Of a DNA stretch of 64,000 bases, positions 1-9,662 are shown piece by piece (position 1 is the first letter of the stretch; each line of letters starts with the position of its first letter). The stretch covers positions 1-64,000 of the forward strand of contig CAVXEP010000004.1 in assembly GCA_963760795.1 (NCBI GenBank), given 5' to 3'. This DNA is from an uncultured delta proteobacterium (GTDB lineage Bacteria; Desulfobacterota; Binatia; UBA9968). Made by a program: the position numbers and the translations under genes. The notes beneath the pieces were generated by a model. It was not told where the DNA came from. It made no database searches and worked only from the letters and a program-made list of their open reading frames with translations.

Positions 1-62
1 ACTAACGCGAGTAATCCCAGCCAGCCAGCGAGACGACGCGATTTGAACGGTCGCAAGATCAT
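1..62 (-). CDS. 5' end of a secreted/membrane protein running off the window edge
   Basis: ATG at 62 preceded by GGGAGG; reads MILRPFKSRRLAGWLGLLAL, signal-peptide-like. Confidence 0.5.
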   Translation of the reverse strand, partial: MILRPFKSRRLAGWLGLLAL

Positions 63-203
63 TACCCGCCCTCCCTGATGGTGAATAATTCGACTGCATC
101 GTTCTTACAACAGTTAGCCTCAGGAAACCAAATCAATTCTCTTTGACAAAGGCGCGCCGATTGTAGCAACATCATCCGCAGCCAGATCAAGGAGGCTAAA
201 TCC

Positions 204-1217
204 ATGAGCAGCCACATAGTTTCCACGCCGACCCACGAACGCTGCGTGACATCCTACGCCGCGCGCACGCAGTACAAACCCGGCGTTGTCCATCCACCGC
301 ATATCAAAGTCAAAGACGCCATCGACATCCATTGCCACACCCATGAAGGCCAGCAAGATCCCTACGACCTGGCGCGACGCGCTTCCTTGGCCGAGATGAA
401 GGGCTTCCTGTTCAAAAGTATTCCCGGCGACGATCCGGTGCAGGCGACCCAAGCAGTTCAGGACGACGTCAATCGTTGGGCGGAAAAACAAGAAGGCGTC
501 AAACCGATCAGCTGCTGGTCAGCCTACGTCTGCGGCCGGCAAATGGCGCCGGTGACGGCAAAAATCGTCAGCGAGATGATCGACCGCGGTGTCAGCGCCA
601 TCTGGCTGCCGGTATTCACCCACGCCATCACCATGAGCACCGTCGGCACCTACGGCCGCTTCGTCCGCGGCCGCGAGAACGCCGGCTGGGTCGGCCCCAT
701 CGGTTGGGACGAAGCGATGAAAATCGGCCACTACGATCTCGACGCCGACGGCAAACTGAAACCGGAGATCCGCGACATTGTCCATCTCTGCGCCGACCGA
801 AACGTCGCGCTATTCTTCGGCCACGCCACCCACGCAGAGATTTACAAGCTCGCCGAGGAAGTGCAGAAAGCCGGCTTGAAACGCGCCGTCATCGACCATC
901 CCTTCAGCCCGTTTTTGAATGTCGGACCGGAGATGATGAAAGAAATCCGCGGCACCGGCGTGCTATTTAACTTCACCTGGGACGAACTTTCTCCGCTCCT
1001 AGGCGTCGACCCGCAGATCATGTACAACACCATCCGCGAAGTCGGCGTCGAGCATTTCACGCTTTCCAGCGATGCCGGCGAACCGCTGTTCCCCGACTCC
1101 GTCGAAGCCATGCGCCTGGTGCGCGGCTACATGGAAGCGTTTGGTTTGAATCAAGACGAGCTTTATACAGTTTGCACGAAGAATCCGGCGAAGGTGGTGG
1201 GGCTGGAGTTGCACTGA
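204..1217 (+). CDS. Amidohydrolase-like TIM-barrel protein (DUF6282-like)
   Basis: IDIHCH metal motif, GH, DHP and SSDAG motifs, C-terminal NPAKVVGL; AGGAGG RBS. Confidence 0.75.
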   Translation: MSSHIVSTPTHERCVTSYAARTQYKPGVVHPPHIKVKDAIDIHCHTHEGQQDPYDLARRASLAEMKGFLFKSIPGDDPVQATQAVQDDVNRWAEKQEGVKPISCWSAYVCGRQMAPVTAKIVSEMIDRGVSAIWLPVFTHAITMSTVGTYGRFVRGRENAGWVGPIGWDEAMKIGHYDLDADGKLKPEIRDIVHLCADRNVALFFGHATHAEIYKLAEEVQKAGLKRAVIDHPFSPFLNVGPEMMKEIRGTGVLFNFTWDELSPLLGVDPQIMYNTIREVGVEHFTLSSDAGEPLFPDSVEAMRLVRGYMEAFGLNQDELYTVCTKNPAKVVGLELH

Positions 1218-1231
1218 TCGAATAGTGAAGT

Positions 1232-1305
1232 TCGAGGATAGAGGATCGCGATAAGAGATTAGTGCCGTAAAAGTCTTTCGCTATCCTCGATCCTCCATCT
1301 TCGAT
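1232..1305. repeat. Inverted heptamer-repeat element (GAGGATA/GAGGATC ... ATCCTCG/ATCCTCC)
   Basis: tcgaggatagaggatcgcgat pairs with tcgctatcctcgatcctccatcttcgat; lies between convergent genes. Confidence 0.75.
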
Positions 1306-1317
1306 GCTCGATGAGTA

Positions 1318-2319
1318 TTATTTCAGCCCCAACTTATCGAACGTCCCATCCTTCTCCATCTCGTCGAGAAAACGGCGATCGATCAACTGCTCTGCTTTCA
1401 CTTGCTTTGCCCGCGGGTCGGTGCGGGCGATTTCGTCTAGGTTGGCTTGGATGGCGCCGGCCTTGATATCCAGCCGCGGCTCCAGGACTTTCAACTCGGC
1501 AGTGTAGGCCGCGTCGAAGACTTTGCGGTCGGTCAGGCCGATTTTTCTGCTGATCACTCTAAACGCCAGTTCACGGTCGCTGATCATGAGTTTCAATGAT
1601 TCGGCCATGACGTGCATGAACTGGCTGACGGCTTTTGGCCGTTTGGCGATTACCGAACGGAGCGTGACGAAACCGGTGGCCACGTAAGCCGGTCTAATCT
1701 CCCGGCCGTCGATGACATAGTTGAATCCTTGAAACGCCGCGCGGGTGTCCTGCGGCGTCGTCAGCGACGCGGCGTCAACCGCGCCCGTGCTCAAAGCGAG
1801 AAAGGTTTCCGGCGCGCCTCCGGTTTGGATCAAGTTGGCATCCTTGAGCGGATCGAGTCCCTTCTGACGCATGCCGTACATCGTGAAGTAATGCGAATTG
1901 CCGCCGATGCGGCCCACGCCGATCCGTTTCCCCTTCAAGTCTTCCGGCCGCTTGATCTCGGGCTTACCCATAAGACTATGGGTCAATACGTTCTTCACCG
2001 AGCCGATAAAAACGAAATCGGTATTGCCGCTGATATAGGCGCGAATCGGCCCCTCGCCGCCAACGATGGCGACGTTACCGCTGCCGCCGCTCATCGCCGC
2101 CGTGACGATGCCCGACGACGCGATGTAGACCAGCTGAAAATCGAGATCGTGTTTCGCGTAGAGCCGCGCCTCTTCGGCAAACCAAGGCAGCGCCATCGCC
2201 ACACTCGGCGCCGACTGCAGGCCGACGAGCCGTTCGGCGGCACGAGCGATGCCATACGAGCTAACGTGCAGTAGAAAAAACAGAACTAAACAGATGTATG
2301 AGACGATTGGATTCTTCAT
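1318..2319 (-). CDS. ABC substrate-binding protein, NMT1/THI5/SsuA-like
   Basis: Signal peptide; IKRPEDLKGKRIGV, GAVDAA, LIDRRFLDEME motifs. Confidence 0.85.
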   Translation of the reverse strand: MKNPIVSYICLVLFFLLHVSSYGIARAAERLVGLQSAPSVAMALPWFAEEARLYAKHDLDFQLVYIASSGIVTAAMSGGSGNVAIVGGEGPIRAYISGNTDFVFIGSVKNVLTHSLMGKPEIKRPEDLKGKRIGVGRIGGNSHYFTMYGMRQKGLDPLKDANLIQTGGAPETFLALSTGAVDAASLTTPQDTRAAFQGFNYVIDGREIRPAYVATGFVTLRSVIAKRPKAVSQFMHVMAESLKLMISDRELAFRVISRKIGLTDRKVFDAAYTAELKVLEPRLDIKAGAIQANLDEIARTDPRAKQVKAEQLIDRRFLDEMEKDGTFDKLGLK

Positions 2320-2421
2320 AAAAAGCGTTTTCCCCCGTGGCCGAGACTAACCGTTAACGACCGTTTCGCGCATGTGTTGGGTTCGAATTCTCACGGAAGC
2401 ACTCATCGTCGGCGCGACAGC

Positions 2422-2802
2422 TTACGGCAGTTGGAGCTTCGCCCGAACTACCGTTCGCACGTACTCAGCCGTTTTCATGGATTCTTGCGCTGCCGGCTGA
2501 TCCACTTAAGCACCGGGATATCGAGAGGCGACACCGAAGACGCTCAGTTTGGCCAGCGATTGTTTGTAAGGATTTAGCTCTGGGATCGATGCCGTGCTTG
2601 AATTCAGCAGAACGACGAGGTCGTGAGTTTTCCCAAACGAGATATTTTGCTCCTCCAGATACGCCTTGAGGTATTTTTCCGCGCACTGCTGTGCCAAGAA
2701 GCTCACGACATTCCAAACCGAGTCGACCGCGCTCATTTCCCGTTGCGCCACCTTCCAATCACCCTCCGCCTTCTCGATCCATTCCTGTGTTTCAGGCTTC
2801 AT
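2422..2802 (-). pseudogene. HEPN-domain protein (PF05168 type) interrupted by an in-frame TAA at 2506-2508
   Basis: MKPETQEWIEKAEGD...AQQCAEKYLKA...KTHDL...SRYPGA*VDQPAAQESMKTAEYVRTVVRAKLQLP*; the C-terminal helix continues in frame after the stop. Confidence 0.75.
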
Positions 2803-3175
2803 GGAGTACGACTCCCTGCGCCATGACGTCTGTGGCAAAAACCCCTCTGCGAGCCACGGACGCTTGCCACTCAGACGGCTTGACGACCAAGATATCCAAA
2901 GGAAAGGGATGATCGATGGCTGCCGAGATTCGAGCCGCGGCGTGAATCACTTGTTCCTCCGTATCCATGACGACCAACAAATCCACATCGCTATCGCGAG
3001 TCGGTTTTCCGTGAGCGTAGGAGCCAAATAAGATCATTTTCTGCGGCCGGAAGCGCGCGACGATCTGCTGCACAATCTTTTGGATATCCGCTGTCGTCGC
3101 GAGGTATTGAATCGCGCTCGTTGAGCTGGCACTTTCCACGCCACCGCTCGAAGGTCCATTTTTCGCGAGGGTCAT
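2792..3175 (-). CDS. Minimal nucleotidyltransferase (MNT) domain protein, HEPN partner
   Basis: ILFGSYAHG...DSDVDLLVV motif; overlaps the HEPN start by 11 nt; start codon uncertain. Confidence 0.85.
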   Translation of the reverse strand: MTLAKNGPSSGGVESASSTSAIQYLATTADIQKIVQQIVARFRPQKMILFGSYAHGKPTRDSDVDLLVVMDTEEQVIHAAARISAAIDHPFPLDILVVKPSEWQASVARRGVFATDVMAQGVVLHEA

Positions 3176-3267
3176 AATCGCTATCCTTAGACTTCGGCCG
3201 ATCTTAAGGCATACGACCGGAACTGACAACTACATTTGAATGTTGATGCCACAAGCTTTTTTACTTG

Positions 3268-4251
3268 TCATCTAATGACTTTATCCGCCCGCACCAACAC
3301 ATTCGGCGGGATCGTCAGGCCGATTTGCTTCGCCGCTTTGAGATTGACGATGAACTCGAACTTAATCGGCTGCTCCACGGGGAGATCGGCGGGTTTGGCG
3401 CCTTTCAAAATCTTGTCCACAAACGTGGCGGCGCGTCGGGCCAAGTCGCTATGGTTCACGCCGTAGGTCATCAGCCCGCCGTCTTCGACATAATCGCGCC
3501 CGGGATAAATCGCCGGGAGGCGGTTCTTTACCGCGAGGTCTGTAATCTGTGTTCGCTGAGAAGGAGCGACGGGGTTGCCCAGCATGAGGACCGCGCCCGC
3601 CCGCCCCTTGCGTGCGGCTCGGAATGCGGTCTCAATATCCTTGCCATCGAGTATGTCTAGATATTGAAGTTGCACCTTGAATGCCGCAGCGGCGAGTTCC
3701 ACTTCTTTCAACGATTCTGCGTTGCCCGGTCGCGTCGAAGTCCCAAAGACCGCCACACGAGAGAGTTTAGGAAGGATCTCCTTCAGAATCTCCAGTCGTT
3801 TTCCGCTTATCTCCGGGCCAAGAGTGGACAATCCAGTAATGTTCCCGCCCGGTCGTGACAGACTGGCGACGAAGCCGTTGGCAACGGGATCGGTATCCTG
3901 CGCCATGACAATGGGAATTGTAGAAGTTGCTTCCTTGGCGGCGCGGGTTGCTGTCCCACCGCCCGTGACGATCACGTCTACCTTGAGACGCACTAGCTCG
4001 GCCGCGAGCGCGGGGAGGCGATCGAGTTTTCCCTCCGCAGATCGCAATTCAATAACAATGTTTTTCCCCTCCACATACCCAAGCTCGCGTAGACCCTGCC
4101 GGAATGCCTCGGTGCGGGCCAAGTCACCGGAAGGGGTGGAACCAATTAGGTTTGCTATCCGGGGAATTTTCGTTGGCTGCTGCGCCTCGGCTAAATAAAC
4201 GGTAGTCAGAAAGCCAAGCGCCAGAACAAAGCGACCGAGATATTTAATCAT
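3268..4251 (-). CDS. ABC_sub_bind (PF04392-like) substrate-binding protein
   Basis: GLRELGYVEGKN, TIPIVM..DPV..G.VASL.RPGGNITG, PADLPVEQP.KFEF.VNLK motifs. Confidence 0.9.
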   Translation of the reverse strand: MIKYLGRFVLALGFLTTVYLAEAQQPTKIPRIANLIGSTPSGDLARTEAFRQGLRELGYVEGKNIVIELRSAEGKLDRLPALAAELVRLKVDVIVTGGGTATRAAKEATSTIPIVMAQDTDPVANGFVASLSRPGGNITGLSTLGPEISGKRLEILKEILPKLSRVAVFGTSTRPGNAESLKEVELAAAAFKVQLQYLDILDGKDIETAFRAARKGRAGAVLMLGNPVAPSQRTQITDLAVKNRLPAIYPGRDYVEDGGLMTYGVNHSDLARRAATFVDKILKGAKPADLPVEQPIKFEFIVNLKAAKQIGLTIPPNVLVRADKVIR

Positions 4252-4302
4252 GTCTTTCCCTCTTACCTTCGGTCCCGCGCCTCACTCCTCACCCTTCACT
4301 CC

Positions 4303-5289
4303 TTACCTCTTCGACAGCTGCTTGATAAACCCCGATGCTTCCATTTCCTGGACGAAGCTCGCATCGACAAAACTCTTGGGATCGGCCGCCGCGGCCTTGG
4401 GATTCTTCGGCGCCATATCGTCGAGTAAGGTTTTGATCCCTGCCGGATCGGCGTACGGAATATCGAGCAGAACCGACGTGTAGTTTTTGTAGGTTCTTTC
4501 CAATCCTTCCGGGTCGGTGAGCCGCGTGTACTTGCCGATGATCGCCTTGGTGCCTTCCTTGTCGGCTTTGACCAAATGCAGGGCCTCGGTCATCGCCCGA
4601 GCGAAGCGGCTCACCATCGGCCGCCGCGCTTTGATGGTCGCTTCTCGGACTACGACGCCGTTGCCATGCAGTGGAATTTTTAGAGTCGCCATGTTGACTA
4701 GATCGCGGAAGCCCAAGCGCTCGGCCTCCTTGATAAACGGCTCGTTCATGATCGTGAACTGAGTCTGTCCCTTTGAAATCGAGGCGAGCCGTTCGGGATT
4801 ACCCCCGGCGGGAACGATCTTCACGTCCTTATCCGGATCGATGCCCAAACGTTTGAGCGACAGCTTCATTCCCATGTCGGAGATGCTGCCGGCGCGATTG
4901 ACCGAACCGGTTTTACCGCGCAGCTGCTCGACCGTCGTGATGTTGGCGGCGCTGATGATGTGATCGATGAAGGTCGGGATGATCGATAGAATCATGACGA
5001 AATCGGCGCCGCCCAGGCGCGGATTGACGACATTAGGCGCGGAAGTAATGACGATGTCGAGATCGCCCGCCACCAGTGCCTGCATCGCCGGCGGCCCGGC
5101 GCCGAAGAAGATCAGCTCCGCGACCAATCCCTGCTTGGCGAACAGACCTTTGTCTTGCGCCACCCACAGCGGCGTATGCGACGCCGTCATCGCCGCCCAG
5201 CCGACGCGCACTTTCTCCTGGGCCGCGCTGAGCTGAACATTTAGCATCAAGACCGTAAACACGAGTAGCGTTCTAACAATTATCGACAT
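4303..5289 (-). CDS. NMT1/THI5-like SBP (tandem copy 1)
   Basis: Signal peptide, family motifs, 328 aa. Confidence 0.85.
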   Translation of the reverse strand: MSIIVRTLLVFTVLMLNVQLSAAQEKVRVGWAAMTASHTPLWVAQDKGLFAKQGLVAELIFFGAGPPAMQALVAGDLDIVITSAPNVVNPRLGGADFVMILSIIPTFIDHIISAANITTVEQLRGKTGSVNRAGSISDMGMKLSLKRLGIDPDKDVKIVPAGGNPERLASISKGQTQFTIMNEPFIKEAERLGFRDLVNMATLKIPLHGNGVVVREATIKARRPMVSRFARAMTEALHLVKADKEGTKAIIGKYTRLTDPEGLERTYKNYTSVLLDIPYADPAGIKTLLDDMAPKNPKAAAADPKSFVDASFVQEMEASGFIKQLSKR

Positions 5290-5414
5290 AACAGATACAC
5301 CTCGTAGAACTCAAAGATTTCACTACAGAAGCGCAGAGGCGCTCCAACGCTTGTTAAATGATGATGACTCTGGCGATTTTACTGTTGCACTGCCAGAAGC
5401 GTCTCTTTAACTAA

Positions 5415-6401
5415 TCACCTCTTCGACAGCTGCTTGATAAACCCCGACGATTCCATCTCCTGAACAAAACTTGCATCGACAAAATTCTTCGGATCGGCGG
5501 CAGCAGCCTTGGGGTTCTTCGGCGCCATGTCGTCGAGCAAAGTCTTGATGCCGACGGGATCGGCGTAGGGCACATCGAGAAGCGCCGCGCTATGATTCCT
5601 GTAAGTTCGCTCTAAACCGTCCGGGTCGCTGAGCCGGGTATACTTGGCGATAGCCGCCTTGGCCGCTTCTTTGTCGGCTTTCACCAGATGAATCGCTTCG
5701 GTCATCGCCCGCGCGAACCGGCTCACCATCGGCCGCCTGCTCTTGATGGTCGCTTCGCGAGTAACGACGCCGTTGATATGGAGAGAGATTTTCAACGGCG
5801 CCAGGTTGACCAGATCGCGGAAGCCGAGCCGCTCGGCCTCTTTGATAAACGGCTCATCCAAGATCGTGAACTGAGTGATGCCTCTTGAGATCGACGCCAA
5901 CCGCTCTGGATTGCCACCGACGGAGACAATCTTCACGTCCTTCTCCGGGTCGATGCCAAGACGTCTGAGCGCCAAGCGCAGTCCCATATCGGTGATGCTG
6001 CCGGCGCGATTGACCGAGCCTGACTTGCCTTTGAGTTGCTCCACCGACGTGATCGTCGGCGCGCTGATAATGTGATCAATGAAGGTCGGAACGATCGACA
6101 GGATCATCACCACATCGGCGCCGCCGAGGCGTGGGTTGACGACGTTGGGTGTGGAAGTCACGACCATGTCCAAATCGCCCGCCACCAAAGACTGCATGGC
6201 CGGCGGACCCGCGCCAAAAAAAATCGCCTCGGTGATTAATCCCTGCTTGGCGAAAAGTCCTTTCTCCAGCGCCACCCACAGTGGCGTATGCGCCGCCGAC
6301 ACCGCCGCCCAACCGACGCGGACCTTCTCCTGCGCCGCGCTGACCTGAAAGTTTAGAACCAAGAGCGAAAGTGTCAGTAGTGCTTTGATAAGGTTCGGCA
6401 T
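5415..6401 (-). CDS. NMT1/THI5-like SBP (tandem copy 2)
   Basis: Same length as and highly similar to 4303-5289; start MPNLIK after GAGG. Confidence 0.85.
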   Translation of the reverse strand: MPNLIKALLTLSLLVLNFQVSAAQEKVRVGWAAVSAAHTPLWVALEKGLFAKQGLITEAIFFGAGPPAMQSLVAGDLDMVVTSTPNVVNPRLGGADVVMILSIVPTFIDHIISAPTITSVEQLKGKSGSVNRAGSITDMGLRLALRRLGIDPEKDVKIVSVGGNPERLASISRGITQFTILDEPFIKEAERLGFRDLVNLAPLKISLHINGVVTREATIKSRRPMVSRFARAMTEAIHLVKADKEAAKAAIAKYTRLSDPDGLERTYRNHSAALLDVPYADPVGIKTLLDDMAPKNPKAAAADPKNFVDASFVQEMESSGFIKQLSKR

Positions 6402-6485
6402 GAAACACCTCGTGAAATTCAAAGATACACCGTGTGCGGATAGCGCATATTCTGATATCAGGCGATTGCCACGACGCCATCCCCA

Positions 6486-6560
6486 GGGCGTATGCCATAC
6501 GCCCCTACAACAGATTTCTGGTCTAAAGTTTTTTGCGCCCTTTGTATTCTTTGCGGCCAA
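6486..6560. repeat. Composite repeat: GGGCG..CGCCCCTAC REP-like hairpin plus TTTGCG..TTTGCGGCCA repeat
   Basis: gggcgtatgccatacgcccctac followed by tttttgcgccctttgtattctttgcggcca; same architecture as 62254-62330. Confidence 0.7.
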
Positions 6561-6598
6561 TCCGCTAAATCCGAATCTGCAGTCGGCCATAGCGTAAT

Positions 6599-7615
6599 TT
6601 ACTTACTGGAACCGAGCTTCTGAAAGAATCCCGCCTTCTCCAACGCCTCGACAAACGAGTTGTCATAGAAGTCGCGCGGATTGGCCTTTGCCGCCGCCGG
6701 ATACTCTTTCTCGTCGAGATAGCCGAACCAGGTCGAGAGCTGCTCCGGGCGGAGCGCCAGATGGGTCACGAAATATGGCGCGTAGAAATCGTAGGTATCG
6801 TCGATCACCTTGGCGTCTTCGGTCTGGGTGAACTTGCCGATGGCGCGTTTGGCCGCAGCCGGATCGCTCTTGGTCCGCGCCACGCCTTCGGCGATGCCCT
6901 TCAAGAACGCCGAGACCGTGTTGGGGTTTTCTTTGATGAACTTCTCGGTGAAGCCGTAGGCCAGGGGCAGACCGAGAATGTTTGCCTTGGCGATATCGAC
7001 CAGCATATTCAAACCGGCGTCCTTGGCCCTCAATGTCGTCGGCGCTGACAGAGCCCCAGCCGCCGCCTTGCCGCTAGCAATCGCCGTCAAAACCGCCGGC
7101 ACGCTCTGCATGTAAATCAGCTTGTAATCGGTATCGAAGTGGAGCCCCTGGCGCTTGAGCGCTTCTCTAGTGGCGATCTCCAGAACGGAACGGGGCGTCG
7201 TACCGGCAAGAGTCTTACCCTTCAGCTGTTGGACGTCGGTGATTTCTCTGGCTGCCCAGAGTTGAAAAACTAGTTGCAACATCGAGCTGCCAACCAGTTT
7301 GATCTTCGCCCCCTGCAACGAAGCGTTGACGAGATCGCCCGCCGCCACCGACATATCGGCGGAGCCCGAAACGACGGACTGCACCGAGAGCTGGGGATTG
7401 AGCTGCTGTAGCTTGACGTTGAGACCGTATTTCTTAAATAGTCCCGCGTCGCTGGCAACGAAGAGCGGCGTGAAGACACCGCTGGGCTGCGGATACGCGG
7501 CGACAATTTCTGATTTTTCTAGGGCGCCAGCTGCATCACTGGCGGGATGAGCCGGACTGGCCGTTAGAAACACAACGACAAGCAAAAGAAACGAGCGCCG
7601 CCAAAGCGTGAACAT
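6599..7615 (-). CDS. NMT1/THI5-like SBP
   Basis: Signal peptide, ITDVQQLKGK, FYDNSFVEALEKAGFF; GGAGGAGG RBS. Confidence 0.85.
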   Translation of the reverse strand: MFTLWRRSFLLLVVVFLTASPAHPASDAAGALEKSEIVAAYPQPSGVFTPLFVASDAGLFKKYGLNVKLQQLNPQLSVQSVVSGSADMSVAAGDLVNASLQGAKIKLVGSSMLQLVFQLWAAREITDVQQLKGKTLAGTTPRSVLEIATREALKRQGLHFDTDYKLIYMQSVPAVLTAIASGKAAAGALSAPTTLRAKDAGLNMLVDIAKANILGLPLAYGFTEKFIKENPNTVSAFLKGIAEGVARTKSDPAAAKRAIGKFTQTEDAKVIDDTYDFYAPYFVTHLALRPEQLSTWFGYLDEKEYPAAAKANPRDFYDNSFVEALEKAGFFQKLGSSK

Positions 7616-7665
7616 GAACCCTCCTCCTCGAAACGCACTATCCCGGACCGTATAGACGAATAGGG

Positions 7666-7795
7666 TCGATGATGGAGAATTGAAGATAGAAGATGGCGTT
7701 GGTCCGAAGGCGATCCTAGATCATCCATCCTCGATCCTCGACCCAATCCCCTTCCGACCCAACACTCCAACACGCCCTTACTCCAATGCGCCAAT
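7666..7795. repeat. ATCCTCG heptamer inverted element plus one arm of the octamer CCAACACT repeat
   Basis: tcgatgatggagaattgaagatagaagatgg ... ccatcctcgatcctcga, then ccaacactccaacacgcccttactcca. Confidence 0.65.
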
Positions 7796-7801
7796 GCCTT
7801 C

Positions 7802-8338
7802 CTACTTGGTAATCGCGTAGCAGTAAGAATCGCGCGGTTCCGGGCTCAGGTTCGGATGCACCGACCAGCGCTTGAGAATCCCTTCGCGCTCCATGCCGGC
7901 CTTCTCCATCACCCGTGCCGAAGCCTTGTTATCGATGTCACACACCGCCCACACGCGGAAGATTTCATTCTGCTTGAGCGCCCAGGCAATCAGCGTTTTG
8001 ACCGCTTCGGTCATGTAACCGCGCCCCCAATAGGCCCGCGCCAAGACAAAACCCAACTCCCATTTCTCGGCGTTCACCCTGGCGATGATCATGCCGATGA
8101 CCTCTTTGTCGTCCCGGGTCTCGATCACCCAGTGAAACGCTTTGGCGACATCCCAAGCCATCATGCACATGCGCATATACTCGCGCGTCTCCTCAAGGTT
8201 GCGATGGGCGCGCCAGCTGACGTATTTGATCACTTGCGGATCTTCCGCGTACTGGCGAAAAATCGCCTCAGCATCCGACAGTTTGGCTTTTCTTAATCGT
8301 AAGCGTTCGGTTTTAAATATCTTAGGTGGGTTTATCAC
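7802..8338 (-). CDS. GNAT N-acetyltransferase (RimJ/RimL-like)
   Basis: TERLRLR, YWGRGYMTEA, N.ASARVMEKAGM motifs. Confidence 0.9.
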   Translation of the reverse strand: MINPPKIFKTERLRLRKAKLSDAEAIFRQYAEDPQVIKYVSWRAHRNLEETREYMRMCMMAWDVAKAFHWVIETRDDKEVIGMIIARVNAEKWELGFVLARAYWGRGYMTEAVKTLIAWALKQNEIFRVWAVCDIDNKASARVMEKAGMEREGILKRWSVHPNLSPEPRDSYCYAITK

Positions 8339-8406
8339 TCTAGGAAGGTCCAGCGCGCATAATTTTCGACTTTAGGGTCACAAGGGAAAATATTCAAGAG
8401 TCGGGA

Positions 8407-8489
8407 AGGCAATGGGCAACAGGCACTACTTAATCGGAAGAAGAAACTCCTGAATCTTACTACTGCCTGTTGCCTATCGCCTGCTGCCT
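8407..8489. repeat. Inverted heptamer element (GGCAATG/GGCAACA ... CTGCCTG/TTGCCTA)
   Basis: aggcaatgggcaacaggca ... ctactgcctgttgcctatcgcctgctgcct. Confidence 0.65.
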
Positions 8490-8494
8490 TCTTC

Positions 8495-9571
8495 TCATTG
8501 CGGCGCGATGATCTGCTTCAACTTGGCGAGCAAGGCCGGCGGCGTCTTGAGCACGCCCAAGACGGTCTTTTCCAGCTCCTCGCCGGTGAGCGGCGCGATG
8601 TCGAGGTTGGCCCGTTCGGCGTCGGCCAGAAAACCAGGATCGCTCATGGTTGCGGTGAAGGCTTTGCGAAAAATCTGCACCCGCTCTTTTGGCGTGCCCG
8701 GCGCCATGACGAACGGCCTGGCGATGGACGCCAGATCATGGGCGCCGACTTGCAAGAGCTGGCGCGCTTCGTCGTTCTTGGCGTAGCTCACGGCCAGAGG
8801 CACCTTGAGCAACTCCGGGTGGGGCTTCGCCAGGGCTTGGAGAATGATGACGAACTCGCCGCTGTCGATTTGTTTCTTCCACAGCGAGCGAAAGCTTTCC
8901 CAGCCGGTGCACAACCCGGTCAGCTCGCCGCGCTCAATCGCCAGACGCATGTCGCCGGTGCTCTTGTAACCCAACACCAACTGCGCCGGCGCACCGATGG
9001 TCGCAGCGAGCAGCCTCGTCGTATCATGGCCGCCGGTGCCGGGCGCCGTGCCGCCCAAACGGGGCGGCGTCTTGGCCGCCAGCCATTTTTCCACGCTGTC
9101 GATACCCCCGGCCTTGGGAAAGCCGCAAACGATCTCGACCTTCGCCACTGCGCCGACATACTCAAACCGCGCCGCGTCGAAGCTAATCTCTTTCTGCCCC
9201 ATGGCTTGAAGCGGAAATAGCGAGCCGCTGAAGTGGCCAAGGGTCAAGCCGTCCGCTTTGGCGAGCCGATAAAGATGATTGGCGGACGCCAGACTGCCGG
9301 CCCCCGGCATGTTATCGACGACGAACGCCGGGTTGCCGGGAACATGCTTACCCATGTAACGGGCCACCGCGCGGGCGTAGAAATCATAGCCGCCGCCCGG
9401 CGCGTAGCCGACCACCAAGCGCACGGTCTTGCCGCGGTAGAATTCATGATTGCCGGCGAAGCCATGCGCCACCATGAACAACCCGCTAATGAGAATGAAG
9501 AGCCATCCCGCAAAGCGATGTTTCAAGAGAGCCGCCTCCCAAGCGAGAAAGTAGTCGTGAATTTGTAGCAC
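8495..9571 (-). CDS. Tripartite tricarboxylate transporter substrate-binding protein (TctC/Bug family)
   Basis: FYRGKTVRLVVGYAPGGGYDFYAR...NMPGAGS...RPFVMAPGTP; true start probably downstream of 9571. Confidence 0.85.
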   Translation of the reverse strand: MLQIHDYFLAWEAALLKHRFAGWLFILISGLFMVAHGFAGNHEFYRGKTVRLVVGYAPGGGYDFYARAVARYMGKHVPGNPAFVVDNMPGAGSLASANHLYRLAKADGLTLGHFSGSLFPLQAMGQKEISFDAARFEYVGAVAKVEIVCGFPKAGGIDSVEKWLAAKTPPRLGGTAPGTGGHDTTRLLAATIGAPAQLVLGYKSTGDMRLAIERGELTGLCTGWESFRSLWKKQIDSGEFVIILQALAKPHPELLKVPLAVSYAKNDEARQLLQVGAHDLASIARPFVMAPGTPKERVQIFRKAFTATMSDPGFLADAERANLDIAPLTGEELEKTVLGVLKTPPALLAKLKQIIAPQ

Positions 9572-9662
9572 AAACTACTGTTTACTCAACGCCGCCGGCG
9601 CCCGATGGAGCCGTGCTGCCGAACCAGCGGAATCATCGAGGAGACTTCCGAGGGAGAACACT

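Noticed and set aside
3236-3660. Recurrent antisense peptides (GGIVRPIC.. / DDELEL..) opposite ABC_sub_bind 3' ends
   Set aside because: Explained by conservation of the sense sequence; no independent evidence of coding
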